NCBI GenBank assembly: GCA_030696105.1
Contig: JAUYNJ010000008.1
Location: forward strand, 18,030-82,029
DNA: 64,000 nt
Direction of reading: 5' to 3'
DNA from: a bacterium
GTDB taxonomy: Bacteria; Patescibacteriota; Patescibacteriia; Patescibacteriales; UBA12465
The position numbers and the translations under genes are program-made. This document shows positions 30,174 to 39,248 of the stretch, in pieces. Position 1 is the stretch's first letter, and each line of letters starts with the position of its first letter. The notes below the pieces were generated by a model. The model searched no databases. It was given only the letters and a program-made list of their open reading frames with translations, and had not been told where the DNA came from.

Positions 30174-31412
30174 ATGAAATATTGGCAATATATCGTGATT
30201 ACCGTCTGTCTGGTCTTTGTCCTTAAAGCACCTACTACCGAGGCAGCGGGTATGGCCTCTAAACTGGCTGGTCGGATTGTTTTAAGTGTGCAGGAAAACG
30301 GTGAGGCTTGGTATATAAATCCAGTTGATTCTCGTCGTTATTTCCTAGGACGTCCCGCCGATGCTTTTAAAGTAATGCGGGAGCTCGGACTGGGTATTAA
30401 TGAGATGCAATTTCAAGAAATTGCTCAGGCCGGTATGCCCGTTGAGGGCAACAAAGATTTGGCCGCGCGTTTGTCTGGTCGCATCATTTTGCAAGTCGAG
30501 AAAAACGGTGAAGCTTGGTATGTAAATCCAGTTGATTTGAAAAAATATTACCTTGGTCGCCCTGATGATGCTTTCCGTATTATGCGAGAGCTCGGACTTG
30601 GTATTACTCAGGCCGATCTGGCATTAATTCATAGGCCAGGTTTAAGTGAGAGTATTAATGAATATAGTTCGTATGAGTATAAGAAGATAATGACGGAGAG
30701 AGGTGAGTTTGGCGCTGATGTGATGAAAATAAGTTTGAAGAATCCGTCTTTGAAAATTATGAGTCTCACGGCGAGTGGGGCTGATTGTAAGGCTGGTCCG
30801 TGTCCGGGGAAAGGTCTTGCTTCTTACGTGTTTCCCAATAAAGGCTTCGCTGGTGTAAATGGCAGTTATTTCTGTTCCGGTAGTAATTGCGGTGGAGCGA
30901 ATTACTTTTTCTTTCCGGTCTATGATAGCCTTAGCGGCGTGATGATTAATCAAGATCAACTTAAATATTGGACGACCGGCCCGCTGATTGTTTTTGACAC
31001 TCAGAATAAGTTCTACTACTTCAAAGATTCACGTGAGTTTAAATCTGTCTCTGATTTTGAAAGTACTCATGGTGTAAACATCCAGGCGGCGATGGGGAAT
31101 AAGCCTAGGCTCGTCGAAAACAAGATGAATGTTCTCATTGAATGGGAGCTAGATAAAGGACAGACTAGCGGCAAGTTTTGGCGCAACGCCATAGGCTATA
31201 AAGAAGACCATGCAAATCCTGGTAAAGGTGATCTATATATCGTTATTGCTCGCGCGGCAACGGTGGATGACTTAGCCGTCATCATGAAGGCGATGGATAT
31301 GGATTACGCTTTAAACCTTGATGGTGGCAATTCTTCAGCAATGATATATAACGGTGAATATATGGTCGGGCCCGGTCGCAACATTCCTAACGCCTTAGTG
31401 TTTGCACAGTAA
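30174..31412 (+). CDS. Secreted protein: two tandem ~60-aa repeats + phosphodiester glycosidase (DUF2233/NAGPA-like) domain
   Basis: It has a signal/TM segment. The repeats are LAGRIVLSVQENGEAWYINPVDSRRYFLGRPADAFKVMRELGLGI and LSGRIILQVEKNGEAWYVNPVDLKKYYLGRPDDAFRIMRELGLGI. The C-terminal ALNLDGGNSSAM motif marks the glycosidase domain. ATG 30174 is preferred over TTG 30153. Confidence 0.7.
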   Translation: MKYWQYIVITVCLVFVLKAPTTEAAGMASKLAGRIVLSVQENGEAWYINPVDSRRYFLGRPADAFKVMRELGLGINEMQFQEIAQAGMPVEGNKDLAARLSGRIILQVEKNGEAWYVNPVDLKKYYLGRPDDAFRIMRELGLGITQADLALIHRPGLSESINEYSSYEYKKIMTERGEFGADVMKISLKNPSLKIMSLTASGADCKAGPCPGKGLASYVFPNKGFAGVNGSYFCSGSNCGGANYFFFPVYDSLSGVMINQDQLKYWTTGPLIVFDTQNKFYYFKDSREFKSVSDFESTHGVNIQAAMGNKPRLVENKMNVLIEWELDKGQTSGKFWRNAIGYKEDHANPGKGDLYIVIARAATVDDLAVIMKAMDMDYALNLDGGNSSAMIYNGEYMVGPGRNIPNALVFAQ

Positions 31413-31420
31413 AAACAATT

Positions 31421-31696
31421 ATGAATATTGAAGATATAAAACAGAATTTAATAGATAAGGGCAAAGTATCTTTTCACGTTAAGGTATCGCCCGGCGCTGA
31501 TAAGACCGAGTGGCAAGAATCGCTGGCGGACGGCACCTTGCGTTTGAAAGTGAAATCTGCGCCGGAAAGAGGCAAGGCTAACGCCGAGGTGGTGGAGTTT
31601 GTGGCAGTCTGTCTTGGCATCAGTAAAAAATTAGTGGAAATAACCGCCGGAGGCGGCGGTCGCTTAAAACGGATTAAAGCTAAGAACTCACGTTAG
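31421..31696 (+). CDS. DUF167 (YggU-like) protein
   Basis: 91 aa: VKVSPGADKTEW...LRLKVKSAPERGKANAEVVEF. Confidence 0.7.
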   Translation: MNIEDIKQNLIDKGKVSFHVKVSPGADKTEWQESLADGTLRLKVKSAPERGKANAEVVEFVAVCLGISKKLVEITAGGGGRLKRIKAKNSR

Positions 31697-31705
31697 TAGC
31701 AATAT

Positions 31706-32551
31706 ATGGACATTTCTGTCATTATCGTTTCCTGGAAAGTAAAAGAAAAGTTGAGAGCAAATTTACTCGCTCTACAGCCAGCTTTAAGCGCATTAGAATC
31801 TGAAGTTTTTGTCGTAGACAACAACTCAGGGGATGGGAGCGCGGAAATGGTAAAGACAGAATTCCGAGATGTACATTTAATTGCGAATGATAAAAATATA
31901 GGTTTTGCCGCCGCTAACAATCAGGCAATAAAGCGGGCGACTGGTGACTTCATTCTCCTGCTTAACCCTGATATGCGTGTCTTTCCGGAAACAATAAGCC
32001 GTATGATCGTCTGGGCAGGCGCACATCCACAAGCAGTCGTTTCTGGGTGTAAGCTGGTAACTGAAGTGGGAGAACTCTTGCCGCATGTTCGTCGTTTTCC
32101 CCGTTTAAGCGATCAGTTGGCGGTTGTATTAAAGCTACCACATCTTTTCCCGCGAATTTTAAACGTGTATTTGCAAAAAGATTTCAATTATGAAAATGAG
32201 GCGAAGGTTGATTCTATTCGGGGCGCCTTCTTCTTAATTAATCGTCAGTCCTGGAAAAATATCAGTGGCGAGGAAAAACCATATCTTGATGAACGCTATT
32301 TTATCTGGTTTGAAGAAGTTGACTTTTGCCGCCAGGTGTATAAAAATGGCGGGGAAGTCTGGTATACGCCAGCAGCGGTCTGTGTTGATTATGTTGGTCA
32401 GAGCTTTAATCAGGTTGGCGTTAATTTCAAGCAGCAATATTTTCAGAACTCAATGCTAGCCTATTTTAGAAAATGGGAGCCAGGAACGCAAGCACACATC
32501 CTGCATGCAGTCTGGCCACTCGGACGAATGCTTGCAAAAATTTTTTCTTGA
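31706..32551 (+). CDS. Family 2 glycosyltransferase
   Basis: ISVIIVSW...VVDNNSGDGS...GFAAANNQ...LLLNPDM is the GT-A DxD-type layout. Confidence 0.8.
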   Translation: MDISVIIVSWKVKEKLRANLLALQPALSALESEVFVVDNNSGDGSAEMVKTEFRDVHLIANDKNIGFAAANNQAIKRATGDFILLLNPDMRVFPETISRMIVWAGAHPQAVVSGCKLVTEVGELLPHVRRFPRLSDQLAVVLKLPHLFPRILNVYLQKDFNYENEAKVDSIRGAFFLINRQSWKNISGEEKPYLDERYFIWFEEVDFCRQVYKNGGEVWYTPAAVCVDYVGQSFNQVGVNFKQQYFQNSMLAYFRKWEPGTQAHILHAVWPLGRMLAKIFS

Positions 32552-32552
32552 T

Positions 32553-33611
32553 ATGAAAATCGGTATCGTCCTCGTCAATTATAAAGACTACGCGGAAAGG
32601 TTTTTAGCGCCTTGCTTAGAATCAATTCGCACCCTTGATACCGAAATAAAGCCGGATATTTTTATTGTTGATAATGCGAGTACTGCGGAGAGCATGGCTT
32701 ATTTACAAGCAGCCGCCCCTGAGGCCAGACTTATTTTAAATATTAATAACGACGGCTTTGCTAAGGGTAATAATGATGCTATGCGCGTGATGCTGGAAGA
32801 GGGATATGACTATATCCTGCTACTCAACATGGATGCTTCGCTTGCACCCAACGCTCTAGTTGAGCTTGTAAGCGTGGCTGAGAATATTCAAAAGGCGGGC
32901 GCGATTCAAGCACGTCTGATGCTTGATCCTGAGCGCAAGCTCATTAACAGCGTTGGTAACGCCACCCATTTTCTCGGCTTTGGCTATTGTCTCCGTTATC
33001 GCGAAAAATACGATGAGGTCTTAGCTGAGTCAGTTGATATTGCCTATCCCTCAGGCGCTTGCGTGCTGTTACGTTCATCGGCACTCAAAACTGTTGGCTT
33101 GTTTGATGAAGAATTCTGGATGTATAATGAGGATCAGGACTTAGGTTGGCGTTTGTGGCTCGCTGGTTATACTTGCCTGATGGCGCCCTCGGCGGTTGCC
33201 TATCATCAATATGAATTCAGTCGCTCGCAGAGTAAATATTATTGGATGGAACGCAATCGTTTAATTGCTGCTTGGAAAAATTACTCTGCGCTTTCACTTC
33301 TTCTTTTCTTTCCGGCTTTATTAGCAATGGAAATTGGGATGAGCTTTTTCTCAATTCGCTCTGGCTGGTTTAAGGAAAAGTTTAAGGCCTGGTTGTATCT
33401 ATTTAATCCTCAGCACTGGCCCTATTTACGAGAAGCGCGTAAAAGCGCTCAGACAGTGCGCCAAGTGCCCGATTACAAAATTTTGCCTCTTTTCTCAGGG
33501 AGAATATGGTATCAAGAAATTGACCACCCCTTATTACGCTACGCGGCTAACCCAATATTCTCCGCCTATTTTTCGATTGGTAAAATGATAATTAAAGCGC
33601 TGAAGCAATAA
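32553..33611 (+). CDS. Family 2 glycosyltransferase with C-terminal membrane segment
   Basis: IGIVLVNYKDY...VDNAST...GFAKGNN...LLLNMDA, then a hydrophobic C-terminal region. ATG 32553 directly abuts the previous stop. Confidence 0.8.
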   Translation: MKIGIVLVNYKDYAERFLAPCLESIRTLDTEIKPDIFIVDNASTAESMAYLQAAAPEARLILNINNDGFAKGNNDAMRVMLEEGYDYILLLNMDASLAPNALVELVSVAENIQKAGAIQARLMLDPERKLINSVGNATHFLGFGYCLRYREKYDEVLAESVDIAYPSGACVLLRSSALKTVGLFDEEFWMYNEDQDLGWRLWLAGYTCLMAPSAVAYHQYEFSRSQSKYYWMERNRLIAAWKNYSALSLLLFFPALLAMEIGMSFFSIRSGWFKEKFKAWLYLFNPQHWPYLREARKSAQTVRQVPDYKILPLFSGRIWYQEIDHPLLRYAANPIFSAYFSIGKMIIKALKQ

Positions 33612-33612
33612 T

Positions 33613-34440
33613 ATGGATCTCTCGATAATCATTGTAAATTATAAGAGCAAAGATAAGTTGGCAAATTGCCTGCGCTCTTTGGTGTCGGCGGACTTAAGTG
33701 GCATTGAATATGAAACGGTGATTGTTGAAAACGCTTCGGGTGATGATTTGTCAGATTTATTGAGTCTGTACCCTCAGGTGAGGTTGATAAATAGCCCAGC
33801 TAATCTTGGTATGGGCGGAGGTAATAATATTGGCATTCGCGAAACAAGCGGCGCGTATATTTTAGTTGCTAATCCTGATATTGTTTTTACGCCAGACTCG
33901 ATTAAGCAGATTTACGAATATATTAAGGTGACACCCGAAGCAGCGATTGTGGGGCCGAAGTTATTGAATCCCAATGGGAGCCTGCAATATTCTTGTGCGC
34001 GCTTCCCAAATTTTTTCCTGCCGGTATTAAGACGTACGCGTCTCGGTCGTTATTTACCCAGTGTAATTGATCACTATTTAATGAAGTCGACTAATCATAA
34101 TGAGATTAAAGCGGTCGATTGGATTATGGGTGCCTGCTTCGTGCTGCGGCGCGACGAATTATTTATTGAAGGTAAATTGTTTGATGAGCGCTTTTTCATG
34201 TATTTTGAAGATGTCGATTTATGCCGCCGGGCGCGAGCAGCCGGGAAAAGCACTATTTATTATCCGGAGGCCATTGTTACACATGATCATCAGCGTGACA
34301 GTGCCAGATTGCCCTGGTATCACGCGCTAGTAAGTGATAAGCTTGCCAAAGAACATCTTAAATCTTGGTGGAAATATTTTATGAAATGGGGTTTGCGTAG
34401 CGCCCCTGTTTTAAACAATAAACATTATGCAAAAGATTAG
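33613..34440 (+). CDS. Family 2 glycosyltransferase
   Basis: LSIIIVNYKS...VENASGDD...GMGGGNN...VANPDIVF...YFEDVDLCRR. Confidence 0.8.
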   Translation: MDLSIIIVNYKSKDKLANCLRSLVSADLSGIEYETVIVENASGDDLSDLLSLYPQVRLINSPANLGMGGGNNIGIRETSGAYILVANPDIVFTPDSIKQIYEYIKVTPEAAIVGPKLLNPNGSLQYSCARFPNFFLPVLRRTRLGRYLPSVIDHYLMKSTNHNEIKAVDWIMGACFVLRRDELFIEGKLFDERFFMYFEDVDLCRRARAAGKSTIYYPEAIVTHDHQRDSARLPWYHALVSDKLAKEHLKSWWKYFMKWGLRSAPVLNNKHYAKD

Positions 34441-35305
34441 AAAAGCAATCTTACCTGTGGCTGGTTTCGGTACGCGTTTTTTGCCGGCGACAAAAGCACA
34501 GCCAAAAGAAATGTTGCCGGTCGTTGATAAACCAGTTATTCAGTATTTAGTGGAGGAGGCGGTCGCCGCTGGTATCGAGGAAATTATATTTGTGACTGGT
34601 CGCGGTAAGCGCGCGATTGAAGATCATTTTGATTACTCTTTTGAGCTATCAAAAACTTTAGTCGAAAAGAATAAGTTGGATTTAATTAAGAAGGTGCAGG
34701 CGATTGAGAGTCTCGCCAAATTTTCATATGTTCGTCAGTCGATTCCCTTAGGCGATGGGCATGCTATCAGCTGCGCCGCCCACCTGGTTCGCGATGATGA
34801 GCCAGTGCTTATTATGTTCGGTGACACTTTATACGATTCCAAGGTTTCTCCAGCTAAGCAGGTTATTGAAACCTTTGAAAAATACGGTGATCCAGTTGTT
34901 GGTCTATCGCAGGTGGCGGCAGAGGATGTAAATAAATTTGGTGTTATTGATGGACTTGATTTGGGTGAAGGGAATTTTGAGATTAAGAAGTTTGTGGAAA
35001 AACCGCCGATTGGTGAAGCTCCGTCTAATCTCGCTGCGGTAGGTATTTATGCGATTACGCCAGAGGTGCTGCAGATATTAAAAAAAATGGAGAACGGTAA
35101 ATCTGGCGAAATTCGTCTTGCTGATGCCTTTGATTTAATGCTCGCCGATGGTCGCCCGCTTTACGGCAAGCAATTAGAAGGCGAGTGGCTTGATACCGGC
35201 AATAAATTTAATCTCATTAAAGCCAATATAAAGTTAGGCCTGAAAGACGAGGAGATTGGCGAAGATCTAAAAGAGTTTTTGAAGGGCATGGTTAGTCAAT
35301 TCTAA
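34427..35305 (+). CDS. galU: UTP--glucose-1-phosphate uridylyltransferase
   Basis: KAILPVAGFGTRFLPATKAQPKEMLPVVDKP is the signature GalU N-terminus. Confidence 0.92.
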   Translation: MQKIRKAILPVAGFGTRFLPATKAQPKEMLPVVDKPVIQYLVEEAVAAGIEEIIFVTGRGKRAIEDHFDYSFELSKTLVEKNKLDLIKKVQAIESLAKFSYVRQSIPLGDGHAISCAAHLVRDDEPVLIMFGDTLYDSKVSPAKQVIETFEKYGDPVVGLSQVAAEDVNKFGVIDGLDLGEGNFEIKKFVEKPPIGEAPSNLAAVGIYAITPEVLQILKKMENGKSGEIRLADAFDLMLADGRPLYGKQLEGEWLDTGNKFNLIKANIKLGLKDEEIGEDLKEFLKGMVSQF

Positions 35306-35320
35306 AAAAGTGTATAAAAA

Positions 35321-35346
35321 AAGACGCTGGTGAAAGCGTCTTTTTT
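35321..35346. terminator. Bidirectional rho-independent terminator
   Basis: AAGACGCT-ggtgaa-AGCGTCTT hairpin with a flanking A-run and T-run, between convergent genes. Confidence 0.7.
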
Positions 35347-35353
35347 GTATTGA

Positions 35354-36688
35354 TTATTGTAACTGCAATTTATACACGCCGGACTCCTCACCTATTTTTG
35401 CGTAGAAGTAGATAATCTGATTACGCTCATCGAGCGAGAGGTTGCTGATATTTTCGGCTTGAGTCAGGGTGATTGGTGTTTTGACTTCGAGGTTTAAGTT
35501 TACGATTTGAATTTGATTGGCGCTACTGTAAATTAAGTAATTCTTGGAACGGTTCCAGGCTAGTCCCGTTAACTCTTCACTCACCCGGATAAGCAGGTCT
35601 TGTCGGCCGCTATCCATATCAAGTGAATATATCTCATAACCATTGTGCCAGATTAGGAACTTCGCGCTCAGCCATTGCCAGGAGCTTACCGGCTTTATTT
35701 GCTTCGCGATGGGTTGAAGGGCATAGTCGCTTAGAGCATATAAAGCTTGCTGTCGCCTGTCGTATAAATCAAGATTAGTTTCAGTCTGGCGGAAGATATA
35801 ATCGCCGGCAGGCAAGTCAGAGCTCGAGCGCAGGGTGGAGGTGTTAGCGTCATAGACTCGCAGGAAAATTCTATCGGCTTCATTTTCAATGGTGTAGAGT
35901 AGACCCCCGCGAACAGTGTAGGCGACGTAGGTGCCGCCGCTTATAACCGTGCTAGCTACCTGTTCATCGGTGATAATACAGTTGATGGCGCCTCCAGACT
36001 GATAGTATATCTTCTTTGAAGATTCGTCCCAAAAGAAATTTGTGGCACCATCACCCAGAGAACTCAAGTCATAATTTGTGTTGCCGCTGTTTAAATTAAT
36101 GAGCTTATCACTAAACAATATTTGCGTTCCGTTTTGTGACCACTGTACCGGCATCGCTCCTTTGTCAGTCAGAGTGCTGCTGGTTTCAGTTTTGAGATTA
36201 ATAACAAGACCATCATTAGGTAGGACTAAATAAGTCTTTTTTTCTGGCCCAAAAGAAATGTCTTGCGGTGCACAGATGGCGATATTAGAGGGAGTGGTGC
36301 GTCGGAAGAGAATGAAATCTTCGGCGAATGTCGCCTGACCGGACTCAATTTTAATCTTCTTTTCAAGTGGCCAGTATCCTTCTTTTTCAAGGCGTAAAGT
36401 GTATTCACCTGGAACTAGATTTTTGATTTTTGTGGGTGTGGTAATTTCATCACGACCAAGATCAAGCAACCAAGAACGGCGTTGCTTTTCGCCATTAAGA
36501 AAAATCGCTGATCCGTCCGGCTCACTATCAAGCAGGAGCATTCCGGTTCTTTCCACTAATTGTCCAAAGCGTGGCGGCCAGCTGCGACGAATAGAATAAC
36601 CAGCGGCGTACAGCGAAACAAGCAAGGTGGTTATCACGAATATAATAATAAACAATATAAAAAGACTGTCGCGAATTCGTTTATTCAT
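35354..36688 (-). CDS. Membrane-anchored PEGA-domain protein with beta-propeller-like C-terminal region
   Basis: N-terminal TM helix. The PEGA-like segment is LLLDSEPDGSAIFLNGEK...TPTKIKNLVPGEYTLRLEKEGYWP. The repetitive C-terminal ~300 aa resemble TolB/WD40 blades. Confidence 0.65.
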   Translation of the reverse strand: MNKRIRDSLFILFIIIFVITTLLVSLYAAGYSIRRSWPPRFGQLVERTGMLLLDSEPDGSAIFLNGEKQRRSWLLDLGRDEITTPTKIKNLVPGEYTLRLEKEGYWPLEKKIKIESGQATFAEDFILFRRTTPSNIAICAPQDISFGPEKKTYLVLPNDGLVINLKTETSSTLTDKGAMPVQWSQNGTQILFSDKLINLNSGNTNYDLSSLGDGATNFFWDESSKKIYYQSGGAINCIITDEQVASTVISGGTYVAYTVRGGLLYTIENEADRIFLRVYDANTSTLRSSSDLPAGDYIFRQTETNLDLYDRRQQALYALSDYALQPIAKQIKPVSSWQWLSAKFLIWHNGYEIYSLDMDSGRQDLLIRVSEELTGLAWNRSKNYLIYSSANQIQIVNLNLEVKTPITLTQAENISNLSLDERNQIIYFYAKIGEESGVYKLQLQ

Positions 36689-36696
36689 AATTATTA

Positions 36697-37956
36697 TTAT
36701 TCAACGCGTTCAATATCCGCACCAAGCCCGCGGAGGCGTTCTTCCAGTTTTTCGTAGCCACGGTCGATTTGGTAGATGTTGTCTATTTCGGTTGTGCCTT
36801 CAGCAATGAGCCCAGCAATAACTAACGCGATGCCAGCTCGGACATCAGGACTGATGAGCCGTTTACCGATGAGGCGGCAGCCGCCTTGAATTACAATCCG
36901 ATGCGGGTCGCACATGGTAATTTTTGCCCCCATCTGCGAAAGCATGTCAGTCCAAATCAAGCGACGATCATAGATTAATTCTTGTACGAGTGCTGTGCCC
37001 TCGGCTTGAGTCATTAAGATAACATAAGGAGACTGCAAGTCAGTTGGGAATCCTGGGTATTCATGAGTTTTTATATCCTTTGATTTAATTTGCTCTGACT
37101 TAAAAATCTTTAACCAGTTATCTCCAGCTTCATATTTGACTCCGATTTTGTCAAAGATATCAAGTAAACTTTGTAAGTGTTTCGGTTCGCAGTCTAAAAC
37201 TGTTATTTCTGCTTTTGCAGCCGCAGCGAGCAAGGCGAATGAACCCGCCTCGATGCGGTCAGGAATAATATGGCAGTCGCCGCCACCTAAAGCATCAACC
37301 CCTTCGATAGTAATTGTTGGACTACCCGCTCCAGTGATTTTCGCTCCTTGGGCATTAAGATAATCTGCAAGCGCTTCGATTTCTGGCTCCATTGCGCAAT
37401 TTCGCAGTGTGGTTGTGCCGGCAGCCAGACAGGCAGTCATCATTAAGCTTTGAGTACCAGTCACACTGACAACGCTGAAGAAGAAATCGCAGGCCTGTAG
37501 CTTTTTAGCAGTGATGTGATAAAAGCGTTCGCCGTTTTTCACGCTCGCGCCCATCTTCTTAAAACCCTCAAGAAATAAATCAATTGGTCTTCCGGCTGCG
37601 CCAATGACGCAACCCCCTGGATGAGGGAAGCTGACTTCACCAAAACGGGCGAGAAGTGGGCCGACAAACATCACTGAGGTTCTAAACTTATCGGCAATCT
37701 TGCCATCTAATTCTGTTTTTGTGACTGCAGACGGATCTAATTCAACCGTATTACCATCTCGCTTAATCTTTACACCAAGATCTTCTAGTAATTCTAAAGA
37801 CTTTTCGACACCGTCGATGAGCGGAATGTTGGAGAGGCGCATTGTCTCGCTTGATAAAAGACAAGCCGGGAGCATAATCTGTGCGTTGTTCTTCGCACCC
37901 CCGACTTTAACCTGACCACCTAAAGGGCGACCACCGTTTATAATGAATTTGGGCAT
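36697..37956 (-). CDS. murA: UDP-N-acetylglucosamine 1-carboxyvinyltransferase
   Basis: 419 aa of the EPSP-synthase-fold family. It begins FIINGGRPLGGQVKVGGAKNNA. The active-site loop has Asp in place of Cys (...FRTSVMFVGPLLAR...). Overall similarity to MurA is clear. Confidence 0.9.
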   Translation of the reverse strand: MPKFIINGGRPLGGQVKVGGAKNNAQIMLPACLLSSETMRLSNIPLIDGVEKSLELLEDLGVKIKRDGNTVELDPSAVTKTELDGKIADKFRTSVMFVGPLLARFGEVSFPHPGGCVIGAAGRPIDLFLEGFKKMGASVKNGERFYHITAKKLQACDFFFSVVSVTGTQSLMMTACLAAGTTTLRNCAMEPEIEALADYLNAQGAKITGAGSPTITIEGVDALGGGDCHIIPDRIEAGSFALLAAAAKAEITVLDCEPKHLQSLLDIFDKIGVKYEAGDNWLKIFKSEQIKSKDIKTHEYPGFPTDLQSPYVILMTQAEGTALVQELIYDRRLIWTDMLSQMGAKITMCDPHRIVIQGGCRLIGKRLISPDVRAGIALVIAGLIAEGTTEIDNIYQIDRGYEKLEERLRGLGADIERVE

Positions 37957-38000
37957 AGAGAGTAAATCTGTTTAATTATAATCTCATCTTAGACCATTTA

Positions 38001-38029
38001 TTGACTTTTTGCAATGATTTAGATAATAT
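38001..38029 (+). promoter_or_regulatory. rplU promoter
   Basis: TTGACT (38001-38006), a 17-nt spacer, then TAATAT (38024-38029). Confidence 0.55.
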
Positions 38030-38087
38030 GAATGAGTAAATAGGCGCAAGCCTGATTTTTTCTAATAATTTTGCTAATATTACAAGT

Positions 38088-38402
38088 ATGGCGAGAATCG
38101 CAGTAATTGCCGCCGGAGGCAAACAATATAAGGTCAAGGAAGGCGAAACCATTAAAGTGGAAAAACTGGATTTGGCTGCCGGAGAGAAGGTTACTTTTGA
38201 TACCCTTTTAATTGCAGAAACCGACGGCAGCGCTGTTTCGGTTGGCACCCCTTCATTAGGTGCTAAGGTTAGTGCTGAAGTTGTAAAAACTGAGAAGCAG
38301 GACAAGGTGACCGTCGTAAAGTATAAGAGTAAGACTCGTTACAAGAAGACCGTTGGTCATCGTCAGCTCATGACTTCTGTTAAGATTTTAAGCATCGCTT
38401 AA
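38088..38402 (+). CDS. rplU: 50S ribosomal protein L21
   Basis: 104 aa: ARIAVIAAGGKQYKVKEGETIKVEKL...KVTVVKYKSKTRYKKTVGHRQ. Confidence 0.93.
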   Translation: MARIAVIAAGGKQYKVKEGETIKVEKLDLAAGEKVTFDTLLIAETDGSAVSVGTPSLGAKVSAEVVKTEKQDKVTVVKYKSKTRYKKTVGHRQLMTSVKILSIA

Positions 38403-38430
38403 TTTTAATCAAATAGTTTATATATAGAAA

Positions 38431-38455
38431 ATCCACTCATTCAAGTGGATTTTTT
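38431..38455 (+). terminator. Rho-independent terminator after rplU
   Basis: ATCCACT-cattca-AGTGGAT hairpin followed by TTTTT. Confidence 0.7.
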
Positions 38456-38641
38456 AGTGAAGAAAAAGTTTCTGAACGAGGCTGTTCGTTTGCGCCACTT
38501 GGTTGTTGAGTGGCGGAGTGGCGAAACTATTTTTGATAGTTTCCTTAAAATTGGAAACTTATAACGTGGCTTAATTTTTATGGCCACGAGCAATATCAAC
38601 CTGACAACAAGCAGGGTAAGCAACGTAGCCGTAAGCATCAT
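38441..38641 (-). CDS. Candidate small membrane protein (66 aa)
   Basis: Begins MMLTATLLTLLVVRLILLVAI (one TM helix) and has a basic tail. It is preceded by AAAGGAGG, one of very few strong SD sequences in the window, directly after the recR stop. The 3' end overlaps the rplU terminator. Confidence 0.35.
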   Translation of the reverse strand: MMLTATLLTLLVVRLILLVAIKIKPRYKFPILRKLSKIVSPLRHSTTKWRKRTASFRNFFFTKKST

Positions 38642-38656
38642 GACCTCCTTTTTTAT

Positions 38657-39247
38657 TTACAAATTATTACGATACTTTAAAGCATTAGCAAGGGTTAACT
38701 CATCCGCATATTCTAAATCTGAGCCAGCTGGTAAGCCTCGTGCAAGACGGGTTATCTTTAAGTCGGGGAATATTTTTTTGAGATATAAAGCGGTGCTCTC
38801 GCCTTCAAGCGTAAAGTTCAGTGCGAGAATTAATTCCTTTACGGAATTCTTTTTAATAAGTGCGCGCAGGGCATTAATAGGCAGTTGGTCGGGGCCGACA
38901 TCTTCTATGGTGTTGAGCAGGCGACCGAGTAAAAAATAGCGCCCGGAAAACTGTTTGGTATTTTCAATAACCGCCATGTCTTGGCTATTTAATACAATGC
39001 AGAGTATATCAGTCGACCGGTTAGTGTCGGCGCAAAGACTGCAGGGCTCAGCTTCGCTGTAAGCGCCACACTGTGAGCAACGCTTAGCTTTGAAGGGTAA
39101 TTCTGCTAAGGCCGTAGACAGGGCTTGTAGGTCCGCTGGTGATTGCTGGAGTAAGTAAAAGACATAACGTTCAGCCGCTTTCGGACCGACGCTAGGAAAT
39201 TGCGAAAAACGCCTGATCAGTTCTTGAATGTAATCAGGGTATTTCAT
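38657..39247 (-). CDS. recR: Recombination protein RecR
   Basis: HhH N-terminus, zinc finger CSQCGAYSEAEPCSLC, and a Toprim domain. Confidence 0.92.
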   Translation of the reverse strand: MKYPDYIQELIRRFSQFPSVGPKAAERYVFYLLQQSPADLQALSTALAELPFKAKRCSQCGAYSEAEPCSLCADTNRSTDILCIVLNSQDMAVIENTKQFSGRYFLLGRLLNTIEDVGPDQLPINALRALIKKNSVKELILALNFTLEGESTALYLKKIFPDLKITRLARGLPAGSDLEYADELTLANALKYRNNL

Positions 39248-39248
39248 T

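Noticed and set aside
37976-38305. 109-aa minus-strand ORF
   Set aside because: It is antisense to rplU and its promoter. The L21 assignment on the plus strand is unambiguous.
38580-38939. 119-aa plus-strand ORF
   Set aside because: It is antisense to recR (zinc finger and Toprim motifs on the minus strand), so it is a shadow ORF.
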